Shown: positions 1-12,200 of the stretch, one piece after another
Numbering within the stretch: the stretch's first letter is position 1
Layout of the letters: each line of letters opens with the position of its first letter
Source of the DNA: Nemertoderma westbladi
Taxonomy: Eukaryota; Animalia; Xenacoelomorpha
Direction of reading: 5' to 3'
NCBI GenBank assembly: GCA_032718475.1
Contig: JAUCBJ010003721.1
Span: forward strand, 62,001 to 126,000
DNA length: 64,000 nt
Translations under genes and position numbers: made by a program
Notes under the pieces: model-generated
Database searches by the model: none
What the model saw: only the letters and a program-made list of their open reading frames with translations
What the model was told of the DNA's origin: nothing

Positions 1-677
1 AAATCCGTGTTTTACACTCCATTACGGATCCAACAAAACTTTGTAATTAACGAAAATCCGTGTTTTACACTCCGGATCTAATAAAACTTGGTAATTAACG
101 TAAATCCGTGTTTTACACTCCATTCCGGATCCAACAAAACTTGGTAATTAACGAAAATCCGTGTTTTACACTCCATTCCGGATCCAATAAAACTTGGTAA
201 ATAAATTGAATCCGCGATTTACACCCCTTCCCGGATCCATTAAAACTTGGTAATTAACGTAATTACGTGTTTTACACTCCATTCCGGATCCAACAAAACT
301 TGGTAATTAACGAAAATCCGTGTTTTACACTCCATTCCAGATCCAACAAAACTTGGTAATTAACGAAAATCCGTGTTTTACACTCCATTCCGGATCCAAC
401 AAAACTTGGTAATTAACGACAATCCGTGTTTTAGAGTCCATTCCGGATCCAATAAAACTTGGTAATTAACGTAAATCCGTATTTTACATTCCATTCCGGA
501 TTCACAAAATACATGAATCCGCGTTTTACACTTCAATACGGATTGCGTATTTCAGAATCCGCATATTACACTAAGTTACGGATTGTATGTAAATCCGGAT
601 CCGCCTTTTACACTCGCAAATCCGGGTCCTGATCCGTATCCGGATCCTGAATCCGGATCCGCGTTTTACACCTACCC
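1..677. repeat. ~53-bp tandem repeat (AAATCCGTGTTTTACACTCCATTCCGGATCCAACAAAACTTGGTAATTAACG) ending in a probable MITE terminus
   Basis: About 10 copies to ~510, then degenerate ATCCG...TTTTACAC units ending TTTTACACCTACCC. Confidence 0.85.
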
Positions 678-679
678 TA

Positions 680-1055
680 TAAAAATACATTTTCCATTGT
701 GGCTCGAAATAACTTAGTCTTCAGGTGCATGGAGAGATCTGATTTCCAGATGGTATCCATTTTTGATAGAGCTACCCAAGCCTTTGCTTTCCTAACTTCT
801 ATGTCCTTTTTGCTACTCTCTATCCATTATCCAAGGTACTGGAAGTAGTCGACCTTCCTTAGTTGATTATTATCAATGGTTGTCAAATTTTCATCAACAT
901 TAAAAGTCATGAATTCAGTCTTGGTAGCATTTATATGCAATCCAACCTCCTTAGCAGCCCTCTCCACTTTATTTAATAGAAGCTGTGCATCTCAGCATCT
1001 GTTAGCGTATTAGAGAGCTAGGCGATGTCATCCGCAAAGTCGGTGTCTGTCTGTG
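680..1055 (-). mobile_element. RTE-clade LINE fragment (same family as 61230-63070)
   Basis: Near-identical to 61626-61980; encodes TDFADD-like and IWKSDL..LK..F.ATVE segments. Confidence 0.85.
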
Positions 1056-1340
1056 ACTGCAAATCAGCGTGTAGAACTTTCAAAAGTAGTAAGACTTCGC
1101 GGAAAAAATATGGTCCTCGCGATTACATTGTAGCTTGTGAAGCATTTGTGTCAAAAATGACACGTTGGCCTCTCTAGTGTTAAGTAAATGGTACGACACA
1201 GACAGAGGTATCTTACACCTTAAGTAAATGGTACAACACAATAGGGAAGGAACTTCCACCTTAAGTAAATGGTACCATTCAAAAGGTAACTTACTCCATG
1301 TAAATGGTGCCATTATTATGGTGCCAAAGACGCAACTTAC

Positions 1341-1510
1341 CATAAGTAAATGGTACCACACAGAGGTGCCCCCGAACGCCATATGGAAGTCACTATAGGC
1401 GTCCTTGACGGCTATATGGCAGAATTTTTGTACCTCCGGACGACAATAATCCTCTAAGTCCTGAGTTTCTTTAGGCCAGTAATTCTCCACCCAATCTATC
1501 TGCTTCGCAA
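1341..1510 (-). CDS. PHF8: PHF8/KDM7-family protein, coding exon 5 (JmjC start); gene continues beyond window start
   Basis: TTTGCAG acceptor; (L)AKQIDWVENYWP...RPEVQKFCHIAVKDAYSDFHMAFGGTSVWYHLLM, cf. family YTDFHIDFGGTSVWYH; ATG|GTAAGT donor. Confidence 0.92.
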
Positions 1511-1567
1511 CTGCAAAGAACAATAGAAAATATTCTAAAAATATGCAGGCTCATAAAATATGCATCG

Positions 1568-1932
1568 CATGGAGGATGGATGGTGGATGCATGGAGGGGT
1601 GAAAGGGTGGAGGGGGGTGGAAGGTGGAGGGGGGTGGAAGGATGGATGGGGGTGGAAGGATGGAGGGGGGGGGGGGTGGAGGCATGGAGGGGGTCGGTGC
1701 AGGATGGAGGGGTGTAGGCGGGTGTAAGAATGGAGGGGTGGAAGGAAGGAGGGGTAGAAGGATGGAGGGGTGGAAGGAAGGAGGGGTGGGAGGATGGAGG
1801 GGTATGGGTAGAAGGATACGGAGTGGGTTGGGTGCAGTGGTGTAGGGGTTGTTCTTGAGTTTGATGGAATGAATATGCAACTACTACCACCACCCACCCC
1901 CCACCCCCCCCCCCCCCCCCCCCCCCCCCCAA
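1568..1932. repeat. G/A-rich low-complexity tract (GGATGGAGGGG-like) followed by a poly-C tract
   Basis: Directly visible. Confidence 0.85.
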
Positions 1933-2733
1933 CCTCCAGAGGAAATCATGCGGTCCCGGTAACACTCAATTCATCTTCTTCTTATTTCAAAATTCAAATA
2001 TTGCTCCAGCCAGACCAGTTCAACGAAAAAATTTTCAAAGCTTCTCCAGATAATTTACTATAATGATCTTTGGTCCAGACGAGAATTCAGAATCGGCTAT
2101 GTATGTAATATGTAGTGTGAGCAGGTTTAATTGCATTGTGATAAATTTATAATAATAGTATTTTCTTATTTTTGTGCTCTCGTCAGTAGTGCTCCTTCTC
2201 AAATATTTTTCGCATGTTTGTTAGATGTTTTACCGTGTGTTTAAACTACTGCATTTTTATATGGACTGGACAGTGTAAATATTGTATGGGTTAAAAATAA
2301 ATAAATAAAACTAAGCCGCAAAACATATTGATATTGATTTACTAAGTACCCCCGTGATAGTGTAACGAAGAAGTATTTGTTACCATATAATCAACTCTTA
2401 TATGAAACGAAACAGAGGGTGGTAATCTAGCACAAATAGCAATAACTAGCACAGCTACTATGTGCTTCAATTTTATCTACGTCTACAGTAATATAATATC
2501 TCGTATTGAAAAATTATATTTTCAACTTAATTTAAATATGTGTTTAATGTATATAGATTTACTGTATATAGACCATAAAAATAAATTTACATCTGAATTA
2601 GAGTAATTTTACGTATTATTGTAGGCCTATGTGATACCGGCACATAGTTTAATTGTCCTTTTTTTAATTTAATTCAGTGGTAAACTGATCATTTTGCGCA
2701 AACGATAAAGTAAAATGGTTCGTTTCTACTTAC

Positions 2734-2904
2734 GAAACGGTAAACTAATCATTTTCCCCAACGGACTTCCTGTAACCTCGAGTGAGGAGACATTAAAGAC
2801 CTTGTTTCTATGGGGACTGGTAAAGTACTCCCGGAACTCGGACATCGTCATCTTGTGGTCTTGCTGACGACGAACATCCATGACGTCGATTACTCTAGTC
2901 GACC
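2734..2904 (-). CDS. PHF8: PHF8/KDM7-family protein, coding exon 4
   Basis: T-rich CCTAG acceptor; (G)STRVIDVMDVRRQQDHKMTMSEFREYFTSPHRNKVFNVSSLEVTGSPLGKMISLPF (cf. IDVIDV..Q and NVISLEF of KDM7); C|GTAAGT donor; phase matches exon 3 across a 32.4-kb intron. Confidence 0.88.
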
Positions 2905-3216
2905 CTAGGTGGTGAAAAAAATATAGTTATTGTGGTAATAAAACTCTATACTTCATTGTGCACAAAGTAGAACTTTGCAGCGTTATGACCCGAGTTTATT
3001 TATGTACCGAGCGAGCGCAGCGAGGTAGGTACATCCTACTACCAGAAGGTCAAGTATTTGTATTAGAAAAAAAAACTTCATGATAAAAGCCTTTTTATAT
3101 TAAAAAAAATGGTCAAACAATGGGTACCCAAGCCATAGTAATGCCCGTATTTCACTATGGAAGAAGCTTCGATGGACGATATTTATGCTGAAATAGTCCG
3201 AGATAAAAGTGAGGAG

Positions 3217-3373
3217 ACTTACAACAAATAAAACGACGTAAATGGTGGCAAAATGTAACTTTTTTTGTCTTGCTTTCTTATTTGTCTCGCTACGCCAGCC
3301 AAATAATATCGCTCGACAAAAAAAAGTCTATTTTTTTTGCCACCACTTAAATAGTTATTATTTGTTGTAAGTC
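3217..3373. mobile_element. Small foldback element; its left part is duplicated at ~3613-3707
   Basis: GACTTACAACAAATAA..GGTGGCAAAA versus TTTTGCCACC..TTATTTGTTGTAAGTC inverted arms. Confidence 0.6.
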
Positions 3374-4154
3374 ACTTTTTTGTCAAATTCGTTAACAAGT
3401 TTGGTAAAAAAAGAATACTTGTTTAATCAACAAAAAATGTAATGTTCGAATTAAATTTCAAAGTAATTTCCATGACATAATTACATAATACATAATTATT
3501 GTATTTAAATAGATAACGCTGATGGTATCCACAGGTTATTTAATATTCTAGAATATTATAATATCGTAATAGGGCCTATATTACCTATTTTGCTATTTCG
3601 CTTTATATAACGGTATTTCACCATGGAAGAAACTTCGAATGGTGATATTTATGGTGAAATAGGCCCAGGTAAAAGTGATAAAAGACTTACAACAAATAAA
3701 ACGACTTAACTACATACTTAACGACTACTTTTCTAATCTTTTTGGAGACAAGGAGGGTGGGGGTACTGCATGCAAATCCCATGTCTGCGAGTTAATATCT
3801 CTCCTCAAAAAAATTTGCGAAAGCATATTAGAATGACCGGCTATTATAGCCAAAGCAATAAGCGAAACTCAATAGAGTGAGGTAAGGTGATCGGTGAACG
3901 TGTGAAATACGAAACTCCGGAAGCAACCCGAAAGCTCCTCCCCTTGGCTGTTACCTTAATTAAGGCAGGGATGGCGCCATACTTACTCCCAAGGGGGGTG
4001 GTGAACACTCCGTAAACAATCCTTTCTCTATACTCCCCCAGCAGAGGTTCCCATATCGCTGGGCGGCACAGGATCGAACACAGTTAGAAGCAAAGCAGGA
4101 TCTAGAACGCCTCGGGAACAATGCAATTTTCGAACACAAATAAATCAGATGTAT

Positions 4155-4320
4155 AAGTAAAGTAAAGTAAAGTAAAGTAAAGTAAAGTAAAGTAAAGTAA
4201 AGTAAAGTAAAGTAAAGTAAAGTAAAGTAAAGTAAAGTAAAGTAAAGTAAAGTAAAGTAAAGTAAAGTAAAGTAAAGTAAAGTAAAGTAAAGTAAAGTAA
4301 AGTAAAGTAAAGTAAAGTAA
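4155..4320. repeat. (GTAAA)n microsatellite, about 33 copies
   Basis: Perfect pentanucleotide array. Confidence 0.99.
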
Positions 4321-4660
4321 TGTAATAATATAAAGTGATCGGTGAACGCGTGAAACACGAAACACACCGCGCTGTGACAGAGGTCTAATTTCCAAATTGT
4401 ATCCATTTTTGATAGAGCTACCCATGCCCTTCTTGCTTTCCCAATCTACTCTCTATCAAAGTCCCATTGTTAAAGAAATAGTGATAAAAAGAATAACTAT
4501 GAGAAATGAAATATTCGCGGGGGATACATCGCATAGATGAATGAGTATTGTTGTGGGCCACCGTACGGTTTGATATATACAGAAGTATAAAGTCATGTTT
4601 GTGTGTAAATATTAATATTGAAGTAGCCCAAATTAAATTGCTATTTTCCCTCGGTATTAA

Positions 4661-5330
4661 ACTAGAGACGGGCCTAGCGGCCCGTGAAGCAAGTCGTAGG
4701 AGACAGTACGAGTCAAATAAAAGCTTTTTGTTCTGTCTGATAATAAATTAGTGTGAGGGTAGTGCCGGTGGTGTCCGATAAATTTTCTAGACAACTTCAA
4801 ACTACAGTACTAGTGACGGCCTAGCGGCCCGATAAGGAACCGACTTTTTATTTCAAATAAAAGAGACAACGAGAAATAGTAGGCCTATAGAACTAATTAT
4901 GTAATTACGTGCTAATTACGAATTACGTGCTGCTCGAAGGGACAAAGTCAAGCAGTGTGTCTATTATTTGATGTAACTCACGTCCTGCTCGAAGGGCGCA
5001 ACTACATATATCGAAGAGTCAAAGCCAAACTCACGTGCTGCTCGAAGAGACAAATTCAAACAGTGTGTCTATTATTTGACGTAACTCACGTGCTGCTCGA
5101 AGGGCGCAACTACATATATCGAAGGGTCAAAGTCAAACTCACGTGCTGCTCGAAGAGACAAAGTCAAACAGTGTGTCTATTATTTGATGTAACTCACGTG
5201 CTGCTCGAAGGGCGCAACATCATATATTGAAGGGTTAAAGCCAAACTCATGTGCTGCTCGATGGGACAAAGTCAAACAGTGTGTCTATTATTTGATGTAA
5301 CTCACGTGCTGCTCGAAGGGCGCAACTACT
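4661..5330 (-). mobile_element. Helitron/Helentron-like element with two tandem 3' ends and an internal 108-bp tandem repeat (4925-5330)
   Basis: Minus strand ACGGGCC-gcta-GGCCCGT hairpin plus CTAG (4662-4685), repeated at 4810-4831; about 3.7 copies of a 108-bp unit. Confidence 0.6.
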
Positions 5331-6274
5331 GGCTACGAAATTTTTTTTTTGAAATTTTTGGTCAGAAAAAAAACATGGAAATTTAAAAAGATTTGATAAA
5401 AAGATGGTCAGAGAGTGAGAGAGTGAGATGAGAGAGAGATGAGGTCAGAGAGTGAGATGGTCAGAGGCCGATAGTATTAATGTTGGCCAAAAGATTTATA
5501 AATAAAACAATTAGATGCAATGTATTTTAGTTGAGACAAACCAGAAGGTGTGAAAAGTTATGTCCACGCGGAAGGTAGGGACAAAGGAATTTAGTTGCGA
5601 AACCAGATGGTGTTATTGTCGTATGCCTTACACTCTGTCTATGACAGAAGAGGTTTGTTTGTCCTGTACAAACAATGCGAGCTAATCTCACTCGAGTTGA
5701 GTTGTAATTAGTTTGCCTTTCCTCTATTGAATATCATTACTAGGCCATCTCTATAACATTTTTCATGAGTGCCAGCTGGTTTTTAGCATTGCGCCTATGG
5801 CAATTTTCGTGTTTTGGAGCTATTTTTCGAAATAAAACAAGTTGAGATGTTTCAATTTAAACCGCGATTTCACAAGTACCCTTATAAATCTATTTTCATG
5901 GTTCATGCAAAATTTCATCAAAATCGTTAGAGCAGTTTTTGCTCTAGGTCAGTAGCCAGAAGTCAGTAGCCAGTAGTCATCAGTAGCTTTTTTTCTTACA
6001 GTAATCAAGTCTAACGACTTGCTAATTTTCGAAAGAGTTAATTTAATTGGATGTGATTAATATAATCAATCAATATCTGAGTCACTGAGTCTGGAGGACG
6101 GTAAACAGTAAACACACACCGATAATATTTTTACATTTGATACGTTGCCTCTCAACAAAATATTGATGATTCATAGGTATCTGTAACGAATTTATTTACA
6201 ACATGCATGGTTCACTGCAGTCCATACAATCGTGAATATATAAACCGATAAACCATACCCGACTTATAATATAG

Positions 6275-9200
6275 ACAAGCTTGCCAGCCGAGAGCTGGCA
6301 AGCGTCTGTACAATTTATTGTATGTTAAAAAAAAACACTGTTTGTAGGAAATGTCTCGTTCTCCCACAATTCTGAACGAAATAAAGCGAAATTTTGCAGA
6401 AAGCATGTCCAATAGATGCTCCCTATGGGATGTCGATAGAATATTGATTGAGTGAATTCAACAATTATGATCGGTCTTTCTAGAATTAATCTCACTGTTG
6501 CTAGGCAACCAACAGGTTCCTCGCACCCAAAACCTTGTATACACAAATAGGTCCGATAATGAACCTATCATCAAAGTTTCATCCAATTCCATTAACATTA
6601 AGTACAAGAAGCTGGGTGTACAAACAAACAAACACACACACAAACACGTGTGAGAAATAAGGACATCCAACTTGGATCCATCCAACATCCAACTTGGATC
6701 CGCCCAACTTGGATCCGTCCAACCCAACTTGGATCCATCCAACATCCAACTTGGATCCGTCCAACATCCAACTTGGATCCGTCCAACCCCACTTGGATCC
6801 GTCCAATATCCAACTTGGATCCGTCCAACCCAACTTGGATCCGTCCAATATCCAACTTGGAACCGTCCAACCCAACTTGGATCCGTCCAACACCCAACTT
6901 GGATCCGTCCAACCCAACTTGGATCCGTCCAACACCCAACTTGGATCCGTCCAACATCCAACTTGGATCCGTCCAACCCAATTTGGATCCGTCCAACATC
7001 CACCTTGGATCCGTCCAACATCCAACTTGGATCCGTCCAACATCCAACTTGGATCCGTCCAACCCAACTTGGATCCGTCCAACATACAACTTGGATCCGT
7101 CCAACCCAACTTGGATCCGTCCAACACCCAACTTGGATCCTTCCAACATCCAACTTGGATCCGTCCAACATCCAACTTGGATCCGTCCAACATCCAACTT
7201 GGATCCGTCCAATATCTAACTTGGATCCGTCCAATATCTAACTTGGATCCGTCCAACCCAACTTGGATCCATCCAACATGGATCCGTCCAACATACAACT
7301 TGGATCCGTCCAACCCAACTTGGATCCGTCCAACATACAACTTGGATCCGTCCAACATCCAACTTGGATCCGTCCAACATCCAACTTGGATCCGTCCAAC
7401 ATCCAACTTGGATCCGTCCAACATACAACTTGGATCCGTCCAACATACAACTTGGATCCGTCCAACATACAACTTGGATCCATCCAACATACAACTTGGA
7501 TCCGTCCAACATACAACTTGGATCCGTTCAACATACAACTTGGATCCATCCAACATACAACTTGGATCCGTCCAACCCAACTTGGATCCGTCCAACATAC
7601 AACTTGGATCCGTCCAACCCAACTTGGATCCGTGCAACCCAACTTGGATCCGTCCAACATCCAACTTGGATCCGTCCAACATCCAACTTGGATCCGTCCA
7701 ACATACAACTTGGATCCGTCCAACATCCAACTTGGATCCGTCCAACACCCAACTTGGATCCGTCCAACATCCAAGTTGGATCCGTCCAACATCCAACTTG
7801 GATCCGTCTAAGATCCACCTTGGATCAGTCCAACATCCAACTTGGATCCGTCCAATATCTAACTTGGATCCGTCCAACAACCAACTTGGATCCGTCCAAC
7901 ATCCAACTTGGATCCGTCCAACATACAACTTGGATCCATCCAACATACAACTTGGATCCGTCCAACATACAACTTGGATCCGTCCAACATCCAACTTGGA
8001 TCCGTCCATCATACAACTTGGATCCGTCCAACATACAACTTGGATCCGTTCAACATACAACTTGGATCCATCCAACATACAACTTGGATCCGTCCAACCC
8101 AACTTGGATCCGTCCAACATACAACTTGGATCCATCCAACATACAACTTGGATCCGTCCAACCCAACTTGGATCCGTCCAACATACAACTTGGATCCGTC
8201 CAACCCAACTTGGATCCGTGCAACCCAACTTGGATCCGTCCAACATCCAACTTGGATCCGTCCAACATCCAACTTGGATCCGTCCAACATACAACTTGGA
8301 TCCGTCCAACATCCAACTTGGATCCGTCCAACACCCAACTTGGATCCGTCCAACATCCAAGTTGGATCCGTCCAACATCCAACTTGGATCCGTCCAATAT
8401 CTAACTTGGATCCGTCCAACAACCAACTTGGATCCGTCCAACATACAACTTGGATCCGTCCAACATACAACTTGGATCCGTTCAACATACAACTTGGATC
8501 CGTCCAACATACAACTTGGATCCGTCCAACATACAACTTGGATCCGTCCAACATACAACTTGGATCCGTCCAACATACAACTTGGATCCATCCAACATAC
8601 AACTTGGATCCGTCCAACATACAACTTGGATCCGTTCAACATACAACTTGGATCCATCCAACATACAACTTGGATCCGTCCAACCCAACTTGGATCCGTC
8701 CAACATACAACTTGGATCCGTCCAACCCAACTTGGATCCGTGCAACCCAACTTGGATCCGTCCAACATCTAACTTGGATCCGTCCAACATCCAACTTGGA
8801 TCCGTCCAACATCCAACTTGGATCCGTCCAACACCCAACTTGGATCCGTCCAACATCCAAGTTGAATCCGTCCAACATCCAACTTGGATCCGTCCAACCC
8901 CACTTGGATCCGTCCAATATCCAACTTGGATCCGTCCAACCCAACTTGGATCCGTCCAATATCCAACTTGGAACCGTCCAACCCAACTTGGATCCGTCCA
9001 ACACCCAACTTGGATCCGTCCAACCCAACTTGGATCCGTCCAACACCCAACTTGGATCCGTCCAACATCCAACTTGGATCCGTCCAACCCAATTTGGATC
9101 CGTCCAACATCCACCTTGGATCCGTCCAACATCCAACTTGGATCCGTCCAACATCCAACTTGGATCCGTCCAACCCAACTTGGATCCGTCCAACATACAA

Positions 9201-12200
9201 CTTGGATCCGTCCAACCCAACTTGGATCCGTCCAACACCCAACTTGGATCCTTCCAACATCCAACTTGGATCCGTCCAACATCCAACTTGGATCCGTCCA
9301 ACATCCAACTTGGATCCGTCCAATATCTAACTTGGATCCGTCCAATATCTAACTTGGATCCGTCCAACCCAACTTGGATCCATCCAACATGGATCCGTCC
9401 AACATACAACTTGGATCCGTCCAACCCAACTTGGATCCGTCCAACATACAACTTGGATCCGTCCAACATCCAACTTGGATCCGTCCAACATCCAACTTGG
9501 ATCCGTCCAACATCCAACTTGGATCCGTCCAACATACAACTTGGATCCGTCCAACATACAACTTGGATCCGTCCAACATACAACTTGGATCCATCCAACA
9601 TACAACTTGGATCCGTCCAACATACAACTTGGATCCGTTCAACATACAACTTGGATCCATCCAACATACAACTTGGATCCGTCCAACCCAACTTGGATCC
9701 GTCCAACATACAACTTGGATCCGTCCAACCCAACTTGGATCCGTGCAACCCAACTTGGATCCGTCCAACATCCAACTTGGATCCGTCCAACATCCAACTT
9801 GGATCCGTCCAACATACAACTTGGATCCGTCCAACATCCAACTTGGATCCGTCCAACACCCAACTTGGATCCGTCCAACATCCAAGTTGGATCCGTCCAA
9901 CATCCAACTTGGATCCGTCTAAGATCCACCTTGGATCAGTCCAACATCCAACTTGGATCCGTCCAATATCTAACTTGGATCCGTCCAACAACCAACTTGG
10001 ATCCGTCCAACATCCAACTTGGATCCGTCCAACATACAACTTGGATCCATCCAACATACAACTTGGATCCGTCCAACATACAACTTGGATCCGTCCAACA
10101 TCCAACTTGGATCCGTCCATCATACAACTTGGATCCGTCCAACATACAACTTGGATCCGTTCAACATACAACTTGGATCCATCCAACATACAACTTGGAT
10201 CCGTCCAACCCAACTTGGATCCGTCCAACATACAACTTGGATCCATCCAACATACAACTTGGATCCGTCCAACCCAACTTGGATCCGTCCAACATACAAC
10301 TTGGATCCGTCCAACCCAACTTGGATCCGTGCAACCCAACTTGGATCCGTCCAACATCCAACTTGGATCCGTCCAACATCCAACTTGGATCCGTCCAACA
10401 TACAACTTGGATCCGTCCAACATCCAACTTGGATCCGTCCAACACCCAACTTGGATCCGTCCAACATCCAAGTTGGATCCGTCCAACATCCAACTTGGAT
10501 CCGTCCAATATCTAACTTGGATCCGTCCAACAACCAACTTGGATCCGTCCAACATACAACTTGGATCCGTCCAACATACAACTTGGATCCGTTCAACATA
10601 CAACTTGGATCCGTCCAACATACAACTTGGATCCGTCCAACATACAACTTGGATCCGTCCAACATACAACTTGGATCCGTCCAACATACAACTTGGATCC
10701 ATCCAACATACAACTTGGATCCGTCCAACATACAACTTGGATCCGTTCAACATACAACTTGGATCCATCCAACATACAACTTGGATCCGTCCAACCCAAC
10801 TTGGATCCGTCCAACATACAACTTGGATCCGTCCAACCCAACTTGGATCCGTGCAACCCAACTTGGATCCGTCCAACATCTAACTTGGATCCGTCCAACA
10901 TCCAACTTGGATCCGTCCAACATCCAACTTGGATCCGTCCAACACCCAACTTGGATCCGTCCAACATCCAAGTTGAATCCGTCCAACATCCAACTTGGAT
11001 CCGTCCAACATCCAACTTGGATCCGTCCAACACCCAACTTGGATCCGTCCAACATCCAAGTTGAATCCGTCCAACATCCAACTTGGATCCTTCCAACCCA
11101 ACTTGGATCCGTGCAACCCAACTTGGATCCGTCCAACATCTAACTTGGATCCGTCCAACATCCAACTTGGATCCGTCCAACATCCAACTTGGATCCGTCC
11201 AACACCCAACTTGGATCCGTCCAACATCCAAGTTGAATCCGTCCAACATCCAACTTGGATCCGTCTAAGATCCACCTTGGATCAGTCCAACATCCAACTT
11301 GGATCCGTCCAATATCTAACTTGGATCCGTCCAACCCAACTTGGATCCGTCCAACATACAACTTGGATCCGTCCAACCCAACTTGGATCCGTGCAACCCA
11401 ACTTGGATCCGTCCAACATCTAACTTGGATCCGTCCAACATCCAACTTGGATCCGTCCAACATCCAACTTGGATCCGTCCAACACCCAACTTGGATCCGT
11501 CCAACATCCAAGTTGAATCCGTCCAACATCCAACTTGGATCCGTCTAAGATCCACCTTGGATCAGTCCAACATCCAACTTGGATCCGTCCAATATCTAAC
11601 TTGGATCCGTCCAACATCCAACTTGGATCCGTCCAACATCCAACTTGGATCCGTCCAACATCCAACTTGGATCCGTCCAACACCCAACTTGGATCCGTCC
11701 AACATCCAAGTTGAATCCGTCCAACATCCAACTTGGATCCGTCTAAGATCCACCTTGGATCAGTCCAACATCCAACTTGGATCCGTCCAATATCTAACTT
11801 GGATCCGTCCAACAACCAACTTGGATCCGTCCAACATCCAACTTGGATCCGTCCAACATCCAACTTGGATCCGTCCAACATACAACTTGGATCCGTCCAA
11901 CATCCAACTTGGATCCGTCCAACATCCAACTTGGATCCGTCCAACATCCAACTTGGATCCGTCCAACATCCAACTTGGATCCGTCCAACATACAACTTGG
12001 ATCCGTCCAACATCCAACTTGGATCCGTCCAACACCCAACTTGGATCCGTCCAACATCCAAGTTGGATCCGTCCAACATCCAACTTGGATCCGTCCAATA
12101 TCTAACTTGGATCCGTCCAACAACCAACTTGGATCCGTCCAACATACAACTTGGATCCGTCCAACATACAACTTGGATCCGTTCAACATACAACTTGGAT

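Noticed and set aside
1-520. Similarity of the 53-bp repeat (GGATCCAACA..AACTTGG) to the 22-bp satellite
   Set aside because: Only short words are shared, in a different order; common origin cannot be supported
1080-1340. C-terminal extension of ORF 1080..1523
   Set aside because: Lies past a canonical GTAAGT donor and loses JmjC similarity, so it is intron read-through
1471-2063. Pro/Gly-rich ORFs
   Set aside because: Low-complexity intronic G/C tracts
3960-4425. LLYFT-repeat ORFs
   Set aside because: Translation of the (TTTAC)n microsatellite
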